A stretch of 64,000 nucleotides of DNA from a virus: positions 16,943 to 80,942 of the IMG/VR virus record IMGVR_UViG_3300046002_005110. The stretch is one strand, 5' to 3'. Of the stretch, positions 27,213 through 39,200 are shown piece after piece; the stretch's first letter is position 1, and every line of letters begins with the position of its first letter. The position numbers were made by a program, and so were the translations under genes. The notes under the pieces are model-generated. The model ran no database searches and had not been told where the DNA came from. It saw only the letters and a list, made by a program, of their open reading frames with translations.

Positions 27213-30200
27213 ATGGCAACAAAAATTCGGTCACTTGATTTTCTTCCTGAAGTTTTTAGAACTGACAGTAATGCTCAGTTTCTTGCCGCAACATTAGATC
27301 AGTTGGTACAACAACCTGATCTACGTAGAGTTGAAGGATTTATTGGTCAAAAATATGGCTATTCTATTAACCCAACTGATCGTTATGTAGTTGAACCATC
27401 AAAAATCCGCTATGATTATCAATTGAATCCAAGTGTTGTATTCTTAAAAACTGATACTCAAACTGCAAAAGATTTTATTAATTATCCTGGTATGTTAAAT
27501 GCTTTACAAAATAATGGGGCAATTACCGATAATAATAATAGATTATTTGAAAGTGAATATTATAGTTGGGATAGTTTTGCTGATCTAGATAAGATTGTTA
27601 ACTATAGTCAATATTATTGGTTACCATATGGTCCAGATGCCGTAACTGTATCAACCAACACAATTTATCTATCAGACAATTATATTGTATCCTACAGTGA
27701 TACTGGATATACAATTAATGATTCAGTACAAAAAAATCCATCTATAACATTGTTACGTGGTGGTACATATACATTTGAAGTAAATCAATCATCACAATTC
27801 TGGATTCAAGGTGTTCCAGGAACTTCTGGATATGGTGCAAGTTCTAATACTAGTACTAGAGATGTATTAGGAGTATTAAATAATGGAGATTCCATTGGCA
27901 CTGTTACGTTTGAAGTTCCATTAAAAGATGCTCAATCACAATATGATTTGCCCGGAAACAATACAGTTGATATTGTTTCTACACTAACATATGCAGAAAT
28001 TAACGGTCAAACATCGACATCAATTGGAAATATTGATGGTGTAACTCAGTTAAATGGTAGAACATTAATGTTCTATGATAATGGTGAATCAAGTTCACAA
28101 ATTAATTTTTATTCAATATCAGTAAATTCAATAACTGATATCGTTACATTAACATTAAGTACTGGAATTCCAGATTCTCAAAAAATTACAGTAACTAGCG
28201 GTACTACATATGTTGGTAGAACATTCTATCGTGATGGTACCGGTACAATTCAATTGATACCATATCTTTCGGCAGTATTAGATACATTATATTATCAAGA
28301 TGGGTCAAATCCACTTAATGTTGGTGTTATTAATTTAATAGAAAATAATACTACTAATAGTATTAACATTGATCAAATTTTAGGTAAGACAAATTATACA
28401 AGTCCAAATGGTGTTACATTTATCAATGGTCTTAAAGTTATATTTGAAGGATCTACAGTCCCATCAACATATCAAAATAATGAATATTATGTTGAAGGTG
28501 TAGGTACTGCAATCAATCTATTATTAGTTAATGATTTTCGTAGTGTAGAAAGCGATGATCCAGGATCATATTATCCTTGGGATTATTATAATTGGGACGA
28601 TAAAGAATGGGATCAATCAAATGAGGTACCATTATATCCGGATTATATAACAATCAATAGAAATAGTCGTGATTTAAATGCCTGGTCTAGAAGTAATCGT
28701 TGGTTTAATATTCAAGTTATTAATGCCACTATCGCTTATAATGGTACATTAACATTAATATCTGGAAATACTAGTACTCGTGCTCAACGTCCTATTATTG
28801 AATTTTATGGGAATCTTGGTCTTTATAATAGTGGAACAAAATCTTTAGGTTTCGTTTCATTATTTGATAATACAACAACTGATGCCTTTACTCAAATAGT
28901 TGGACAATCATCATATACTATTGATGGTCAACCATTAGTTTCTGGTCAAACAATTATTTTTAATCATGATACTAATAATTTAGTTCGTCAAAACATATAT
29001 GAAGTTTCTTTTGCACCAGTTGGTACAGGAAATTCAAATGTAATTGCACTTAATATTGTAGAAACTGCACAAGATAAAAATCAAGTTACTATCATATCTG
29101 GTACATTATGGAAATCAACAAGTTGGAGATTTAATTCTGTAGATTCTAGATGGATTCAATGTCAACAAAAATCAACAGTTAATCAGGCCCCATTATTTAA
29201 CATATATGATATAAATGACATATCACTTAGTGATCAATTATACTATAATGGTTCAACATTTGCGGGAACAAAATTATTTTCGTACACTGTTGGTACAGGA
29301 CCAAATGATCCAATATTAGGTTTTCCAATTAGTTATTCAAGCTCGGTTAGTATTGGTGACATTAATTTCACTGTCAATCTAAATGAAGATACATTTAGCT
29401 ATCAACAAAACGATAATATTATTGAATCAAACATTAATATTGGTTATGTATATGACTATATCACTGCTGATATACCAACTAAAAAAACTGGATGGGTAAC
29501 CGCATATACTGAAAGTTCTCAATATCAAGTATTTCAATTTACAGTTACTCAACCAACACAAAGTTCCTTTCAATGTGATGTGTTAGTAAAAACTGATTCA
29601 ATTGTTGATCCACATCATGTATATGTCAATGATGTTGAACTGAGTGATGATTCTGAATATACTTTTACTACTAATAGTTTTAATAATACAACAACCGTTA
29701 CATTGACAACTGCGGCAGTCAGTGGTGATAAAATTACCATTACATTGCTTAGTGATCAAGTTAGTAAAACTGGGTATTATGAAATTCCAAGTAATTTACA
29801 AAATAATCCATTCAATTCAAATATTACCACAGTTAACGTTGGTGATATTAAAAATCAATATGATTCAATAGTTCAAAATACGTTTGGCGTAATTGGACCA
29901 GTATTTGGTCCTAATAATGTTTATAACCTAGGAAACTTAAACAGATACGGTACGGCAATTATTCAAAATAGTGCCAGTTTGATATTACCTGGTGTATTTT
30001 TACGTAAACCTGGATATAATATATTTGAAGCATTACAATTCAACAGTGATCAATATACAAATTTTAAAACATTGTTGATTAATTTAACTGATCAAAACGA
30101 TTTTACAGTATATACCACTCCATCTACAATGTTGGATACAATTCTTTATCAAATTTCAAGTACCAGAAACAGTACAAATGCATTCTTCTGGAGTGACATG

Positions 30201-33200
30201 TTATATACTGGTAGTCCATATAGAACTAATAGTTATCCATTTAATGTTACATTATCTACTATTACTTTACCAACGTATAGAACATATGATTTTACATCAG
30301 CCAACTATTATGGGTTGGGTGTTTATATTACTACAACAGTTAATGGTCAGACAGTAACTAATCAATTAATACGTGGTGTGGATTATATTGTTAGTGATAT
30401 TAGTCCAAATTTAACAATAACATATGATATTGTTGTTGGTGATACTATTACAATTAATGAATATAATCAAACATATGGAACATATTGTCCCAATACACCA
30501 ACTAAATTAGGATTATACCCAAGTTTTATTCCGAGTGTTATTTTAGACAATACTTATACTACACCAACCTATTTTATTTTAGGACACGATGGTAGTTATA
30601 CAAAACTTTATGGTGATTATATTGATGAAGAATTATCTGATTTTCGTGATAAAGTTTTATTAGAATTTGAAACTAGAATTTATAATAACTTAAAAGTTGT
30701 TGGTGATATACCATTACCAGCTGATGAAGTTATTCCAGGACAATTTAGAACCACTGAATATTCACAGAGTGAAATTTTAGATATATATAGAACCAATTTC
30801 TTAAAATGGGTTGGTTTAAATCGTATTGATTATAAAACACAACAATATAATAGATCAAATCAGTTTTCATATAACTACAATCAAAGTACAAACATACTTA
30901 ACAGTGAAATATTAAAACAAGGTTATTGGAGAGGTGTATATAATTGGTTCTATGATACTAGTAATCCAGCAGATGCCCCATGGGAAATGTTAGGATTGAC
31001 CAGTGAACCAAGTTGGTGGACTGATAGATATGGTGCCGCCCCATATACTAGTGATAATACATATATGTGGCAAGAAATTAGTGAAGGTTATGTATGGAAC
31101 AATGGTGATAGTTATATTAATCCATTGAAAGTTAGACCAGAATTATTAAGAGTATTGCCAGTAAATTCGGCCGGAACATTACAATCACCATTACCAACTG
31201 TAGTTGGTAACTATGATTCATTTACATTTGATCGTAATTGGATTGTTGGCGATCAAGGACCGGCTGAAACTTCATATCTACGTAGTAGTTCATATCCATT
31301 TGATTTAATGCGTATATTGGCATTAACTAAACCAGCAAAATTCTTTAACTTAAATGTTGATCGTGACTTGTACAAATATAATACTGAATTCAATCAATAT
31401 TTGTATAATGATCGTTATCATTTAAATCCACAAGATATTATAGTATATGGCAATGGTGTAAGTAAAGCTAGTTATATCAATTGGGTAGTTGATTACATTA
31501 ATCAACGTGGTGTTGATGGTACAACTGAAGTTACTACTACATTAAAAAATCTAGATGTCAGATTAACATATAATCTAGCTGGATTTAGTAGTAAAAATTA
31601 CTTGAAATTTTTGATTGAAAAATCAACACCAAATACTCAAAATACAACATTATTAATTCCTGACAATAGTTATAGCGTCTTGTTGTACGACAATGTATCA
31701 GAAGATAAAATTGTATATAGTTCAGTTATTGTACAACGTACTAGTGATGGTTATACAGTTTGGGGTAATAGTCAAAGTGATCCATTTTTTAATATGGCTG
31801 TGCCCAAGGCCGGATTTACACAAACATTAACGGTGAATAATCTTTCAGTTACAGTTAATAATGAATTTTATACAGACAAAATCACTACAATTCCATATGG
31901 TAATTTATATTATACTGTTCAGGGAGTTAGTGAATTTCTTAAAGCATATGGTCAATATCTAGTAGATCAAGGTATGATTTTTGGTTATGTAATTGATACT
32001 ATTACATATAATTGGGATCAAATGATTCGTGAGTTTTTGCATTGGGCAGAACAAAGTTGGGAAGTTGGTAGTACTATTAATTTAAATCCATCTGCTAAAA
32101 TTGCTACTGTTAATAGACCTGGATTAGTGGTTCAGCCATTGACAATTCAACAAGATAATTTTATTTTAAATCAAAATCTAATACCATTACAAAGTCAAAA
32201 TGCTAGTATTGTAAGAGAAAATGAAAGTTTTACTGTTGGTGTATTAACTGATGGGGATAGTATTGCTCTTACAAATCTTAATTTATCTAGTATGGAACAT
32301 GCAGTGGTGTTTGATAATTATACCGTATTCAATGATACAATTTATGATTTAGTTACTGGATTACGTCAACAAAGATTATTATTACAGGGTTACAAATCTG
32401 GTGAATGGAATGGTTATGTTAATGCCAGCGGATTTATTATTAATGAAGATAATATTCAAGAATGGTTACCAAACATTAAGTATGCCAGTGGAAAAATTGT
32501 AACTTATAAAAATAAATATTGGGTTGCTAATCAATTGATTCAACCACAATCAGAATTCTTTGATGAACAATGGACTCAAACAACATACGATAAAATTAAA
32601 ACTGGATTATTACCTAATCCTAGCACTAATGCATATGAAAGTTTGTATTATTATGACAGTACTAGAGCAAACTTTGAACTAGATGCCGATCTATTATCAT
32701 TTAGTCTAATCGGTTATAGACCAAGACAATATCTCGCTGATGCAGAATTAAGCGATATTACTCAAATTGGTGTTTATAAAAACATCATTAAAGAAAAAGG
32801 AACCAACTTAATAGCAAATGCTTTTAAGAGTGCAAATTTGGCTCAAGGTAAAATTGATTATAATGTAAAAGAAAATTGGGCAGTTAAAACTAGTGTATTT
32901 GGTAGTGTATCTAACAGTAATTTTGTTGAATGTTTATTGATTCAGAATGAATTAACTGGTAATCCAACACTATTGGGATTCTCAGATAATGGGTCTGTAA
33001 GCGGTGTTCAACAAACAGTAATGATGAATGAAATCATTAACTGGAATATGCCACCAATTTCTGCAAATTTCTTACCGCCATTTAATGATGTTTATTCATA
33101 TGAGCGTGGTTTACCCAGCGCCGGATATGTCAATCTAAATGATGTAAAATTTAAAGCCTTTGAACTTACTGATTTAAACAATACATTTGACACAACTAAC

Positions 33201-36200
33201 ATAGATACATTGTATCGTAATGATAATATTTGGATTGCCAAATATCGTGGAAGTTGGAATGTATTTACTCCACAAACAGTCAATACACAAGTAATAAGTA
33301 TTATTAATAATTTAAATAATACAATTACTGTTAACTTTGGAAAAAATCCAAATTTGGCAAAATATGATCCAATCGCTATTGTTAATTTTGACTCCAGAAT
33401 AAATGGTTATTACGAAGTTTTAGCAGTGAATTCATTAACCAGTGTAATTATTGCAAAAGTATTAGATACTGCCGTATTACAATTACAAGGTAATGGTTTA
33501 GCTTTTAAATTAGTATCTAGAAGATTTACTCAAGCAAGTGATCAAGTATACAGTACAGTATTTAATAGTGAATACTATAATAAAAAATCTTGGATTGATA
33601 GAGATGTAGACAATCAATGGGCTGTATGGTCATGTGGTCCAAACTTTACTGAGATTAATATTGATTCTTCTGAATTAAATTTACAAGATTTTGGTAGTAG
33701 TGTCGCTTACAGTACAGAAATAGGATATGTCGGTGCTAGTGCAATTGATGGAACAATCTATCGTTATTATACTGACAGTACTACTAGTCAATCAATAACT
33801 CAAACTATATCTCAGACCAATTCAACATTTGGTACAGCAATGGTTGCAGTAGGTGATTATTTGTATGTTAGTGATGAACTTAATAATCTTGTTTATGTAT
33901 ATCTAGTAATTTATCCAAGTAAATATATTACTTTATATACGACTATTAGTCAAGAAACTACTGGACAAATAACAGTTAGTGAAGATAGACAGTGGTTATA
34001 TATTTCAAACGTTACTAATAAAACAATAGCGGTTTGGGCATTGATGTCCAATGGTAATTATGATTATGTTAGTACTATTACTGGTCCAAGTACGGCAATC
34101 GGATTTGGAACCTCAATCGCTACTAGTATAGATGGAGTTAAATTAATTGTAGGTGCCCCATTAGAAAGTTTAGTAACTAGTGAATCAACTCAATTGACTG
34201 CATCTGGCGCTGTTTATATATATACTAGAAGTGTACAAAGATTCATGGCTAATGGAATCAGTGATACCTATACAGTTAATGAAACTATTCCTAATTCTAT
34301 AGCTGATGTATTAATTGATGATGTATTAACTAGTGATGTAATTGTCTATTCCGATGGCAGAATTATATTTAATATAATACCAGTCTATGGTAGTATTATT
34401 GAAGTAAGTTATGGTGAAATGAATCTCGTTACTAAATTATTGAGTAGTAATCCAATAGTTGGTGGTAATTTTGGTACTAGTGTATCTACTAACAAATATG
34501 GTGCTCAACTAGTAATTGGATGTCCAAGTGAATTACAGACTGTAAACAATGTATCAAACGTACAGGGCGCAGTCTATCGTTTTACTAATGGCGGACAACA
34601 ATATGGATCTATAGTTGGATCAGTTAGTGGGTTAGTTAGTGGATATTTTTTCATTGATGGATTTAAAGTAAGTTATTCTGGAACTGCTAGTGAAATAGCT
34701 CAATCGATTAATACTCAAACTCCAACCAATATTATAGCTGCCGCTAGTGGTAATATACTTCAAATTGGGGTTATAAACAATACAGTAGAAACTATTAATA
34801 ATATTATTGATATTACTGGACCAGAATCTAATCTTGCTGATTTGGGATTAACATTGTATGTTAATACACAAGTAATGGTTAATCCAAATTTACCAACAAT
34901 TGGAAGTTTTGGAACTGTAGTATCTATGGGAACTCGCGACAGTTTGGTAGTCAGTGACCCAACTGCTACAGTATATGCTGAAACAACATTTGATTATAAT
35001 ACAGTTGACCCAACAGTCTGTAATCCTATTATATCAATTAATAATTTTACTATTTTTGATCATGGAGCTACAGCATTTATTGACACATTTGCAAACACTG
35101 GTGTAGTATATGAATTTGATTATCTACCGGCGGCTGATGAAAGTATTATAAATCCTGGAAAATATGTATTTGGTCAATATATTCAAAGTATAGATAGAAC
35201 TGGAATAGCAAACACTCCAAAATTTGGAACCAGTGTAGTTGATAATGATGGTGTAATAGTTGTGGGTGCTCCAAATTGGTACAGTACTGGTACTGGAAGA
35301 ATTTTTGGATATGTTAATTATTGTCAAACTAGTAGTTGGTATATAGATAAGAAACCATTACCAATGGTCTCTGTTGAACGATTAAATAATATTTCTATCT
35401 ATGATACTATTAGTAATAATACATTAGATTATCTAGATTATATTGATCCAATACAAGGAAAATTATTAGGTGCAGTTGAAACAAACTTAGATTATATAAG
35501 TTCAACTGATCCAGCCACATATTCTGATGGAATCGTGTGGAGTTTTGAACATATTGGTTCTACGTGGCTTGATACAACAAGTATTCGAATGTTGAATTAT
35601 AATCAACCAAGTGCTACATATAACGCTAGTAATTGGGGTAAGGCATTTCCAGGAAGTACGGCCGACATATACACTTGGGTAGGTAGTTCATTTCCTCCAA
35701 TTCAATATAATGGTAGTGGATATGTAGTTGATTTTAATAGTTATACTACGATTCAAAGTTTAGATCGCTCAACCAATGCAATTGTTGTTGATTATTTCTT
35801 CTGGGTTAAGAATTATAATATTATACCTCCAGGAAAAACATTAAGTCCGTTGACTTTAAGTCAATATATACTTAACCCACTTAATAGTGGAATTAGTTTC
35901 TTGGCAGCAATTACTACTAACATTGTTGGATTATTTAATTGTGAAAGTAGTATCAATTCTTCATCTAGTGCTTTACATATTGGTTATCGTATTGGTAACA
36001 CATTAGATCAAAAACATGAAAGTTGGACATTGATTCAAGAAAATAATGCAACTGATTTCTTAACTGGATTTCCAACAGAAAGTCAACAAGATCCAATTGG
36101 ATTATATGCAAAATATCTAGATAGTTTTGCTGGACAAAATCGTCTTGGACTATATATACCAAATTCAAAGTTGCCAATTTTGACTCGTTATGGTATTGAT

Positions 36201-39200
36201 TATTCACAAAGTATGTTTATAGATCGCCCATTGGCTTTACAAAATTATGTTAACTATGCCAATCAAGTTCTAATTAAATTCCCTATTGCCGAAACTCGTA
36301 GTTTATATTTCTTAAACAAAGTTGGAGTTGGATATGATACAAGAGATTATTGGACATATACTGATTGGTGGGCCACTGGATATAGTAGTAGTACAAAAAT
36401 TGTATTAGAAGTAAACACAGTTACTGATCTACAAACACTTCAGCCAAATCAAATACTTCCAGGAACAGAACAAATTGTTATTGGATTAAAAGATGGAATT
36501 ATTGTCAAAGTAAAAGCCAATTCACAGGGTAATAGCGAAGTGTGGACCTGGTATGAGGCTACTGGATGGGATAGAATTGGTTTACAAAACGGAACAATTC
36601 AATTATCAGATTCATTGTATAATACTCCAGTTAATTGGGATATTGGTGGATTTGATATTGGATTATATGATGATACAGTATATGAAGAAACTTATTGGAT
36701 CATTCGTTGGTTGAATGAAGAGGCTTATATAGAAGATTTGTTGATTGAACGTAATAATAGTTTGATATTAATGTTTAATTATATTCAAAGTGAATCACTA
36801 GAACAACAAAATTATCTAACATGGCTTAATAAAACAAGTTTGATTGATGTTACTCATACTGTTCGTGAATTGTTACCATACAAGAAATTTCAAAGAGATA
36901 ATCAAGAATTCTTAAGCGGATATTTGAATGAGATCAAGCCATTTCATGTTAAGATTAAAGATTTCTTATTTGTATATCCTGGACAAGATACATTCTTAGG
37001 AGATGTAACTGACTTTGATTTACCTGCAAAATATGTACCAAGTATAGGACAATTTGAAACTCCACAATTAGTATATACTACACCAAATTTATATTCCCCA
37101 GAATATTTACCTACTAGTACAGTATGGCAAGATCCAGAATATACACAGTGGTTTGAAAATTATGGTTTGAATATTACTAATGAACGCGGACTTTATAATC
37201 TAACATCATTATCGGCCTATATTACTTCAAGTTCCACAATTATTCCGGTTAAAAATACATATGGAATGCCTGATGCTGGATTTATATATATTGGTGATGA
37301 GAAAATTTCTTATAGTAATGTCGATAAGTTACAAAATATATTGACAGATATTCAACGTGGTATTGACTCAACTCCAACTGATCATATGCCAAATGCAACA
37401 GTTAGTGCCATATTGCCAGCTGTAATTGTATTAGATAAAGCTCGCGGATATTCAGAACCACCAGTAATTACTGTAATCAATAATAGTAATTATCCAAATC
37501 CAAGAACTGTTGCTCAGTTAGTTCCGATTATGATAAATGAATCATTGTTGGGAGTTCAGGTAATTAATTCAGGTTCAGGTTATGCTACTCAACCAATAAT
37601 TGAAATTGAAAGTAGTTCAATATTCTCTACATTTGTCAGTACTGACGTTAATACGGTATTTAATACTATCACTATAATAAATCATAGTTTTATTACTGGT
37701 GATTCAATTAAGTATACAATTGGATTGAATACAGTATCTCCAACAGGTTTGATCAATAACAATTACTATTATGTTAGAGTAATTGATGTTAATACTATTG
37801 CTCTTTATTATTCAGTTAAGGGTGCTTATAACATTGACAAAACTAGTTTGATGGATTATGAACGAGTTTCATTAGAAACACAAGGTTCTGGATCTGAAAA
37901 TACATTAGCGGTTACTGCCAGAGCAGCAATATTAACCTCAAGTCAGCCAGTTAGAGAATTAATGACTACTATTAAATTTGATAGAACAAGTTATGGTAGT
38001 TTAATCACTGAATGGAATAGTGGGCAAATTTATGCAGGAGAATTTACTGATATTGGTAAACTTGCAAGTTCAACATTGTTAACATCATCAAGTAGTCCAT
38101 GGGAATATTTGTCATGGACTGGAACAAATTGGGACGCTGATTTATTAGCATCAGCTCAAGGTGCATCATTTCCGATAGTACAAGTGAGAAACTCATATGC
38201 ATATGATGGTGCAGTACTTGTAGAATTAAATTATGGGTATACACCCGTAACTCCTGGACAATTGAATGGGCAGAAGATTATTGCTTATGAAGTGAGTTCT
38301 ACTGAATGGACTAATCCGATTAGTTACTATGTCAAAGTTATGACTACGACATTAGTAGAAATATATTATGATCCATTATTTAACTTTCCAGTGAAAATTG
38401 CCAACTTTAATTATACCTCAAATGATGTATTATTTTTAGAAGAGCCATTTACATTTAGTAAAAGTTTAGTAACATATGCTGGAAAATTATATCAATGTAT
38501 AGTTAGTAATAATGATACAATATTTGATTATGATAAGTGGGAACAAATTTACAGTAATAATTCAATATTGAACGCGGCCGATAGAATTGCTGCCTTTTAT
38601 GAGCCAACTGCCAACATGACTGGACGTGATCTTAGACAGTTAATGAGTGGTGTGGTTTATCCAAATGCTACTACAATTGGCGCCCCATTTAATTATAATG
38701 ACGGTCAGTTGTATGATTCTGTTAATTTTGAATATTCATCATATGATGTTAATTCAACGGCCGAACTTGATACAAATCTTCAATCTCCTGATTTTAACTA
38801 TAATCAATTGACTAACCCAACTACATATGATGTTCAGGGTGGATCATTCAATGAAGGATATGGACCAGAAGAATTGATTCCTGGTCTGGTAACTGATTTC
38901 TTACAATTTAATGTTACTACAAATCCAGATACATTAGGCCCAGGAAATTATTTGAATTTTAGAATTCAAGTTGATCAATTTGGTCAGAATTCAGTTTATA
39001 ATCCCAATACATATCCATATGTAACATATGAATATGTCACTTCAGTTTATAATACCAATCCATATACTCAAACATATTTGACACAAGATTTTGTCAGTAC
39101 TAATAGTATAAGCGATGTATTACATGTTAACGATGCTAGTAAATTAGTAAGTACGTTACAAGAAATAGTAACTACTGATAGTGATGGTGTGGCATATATA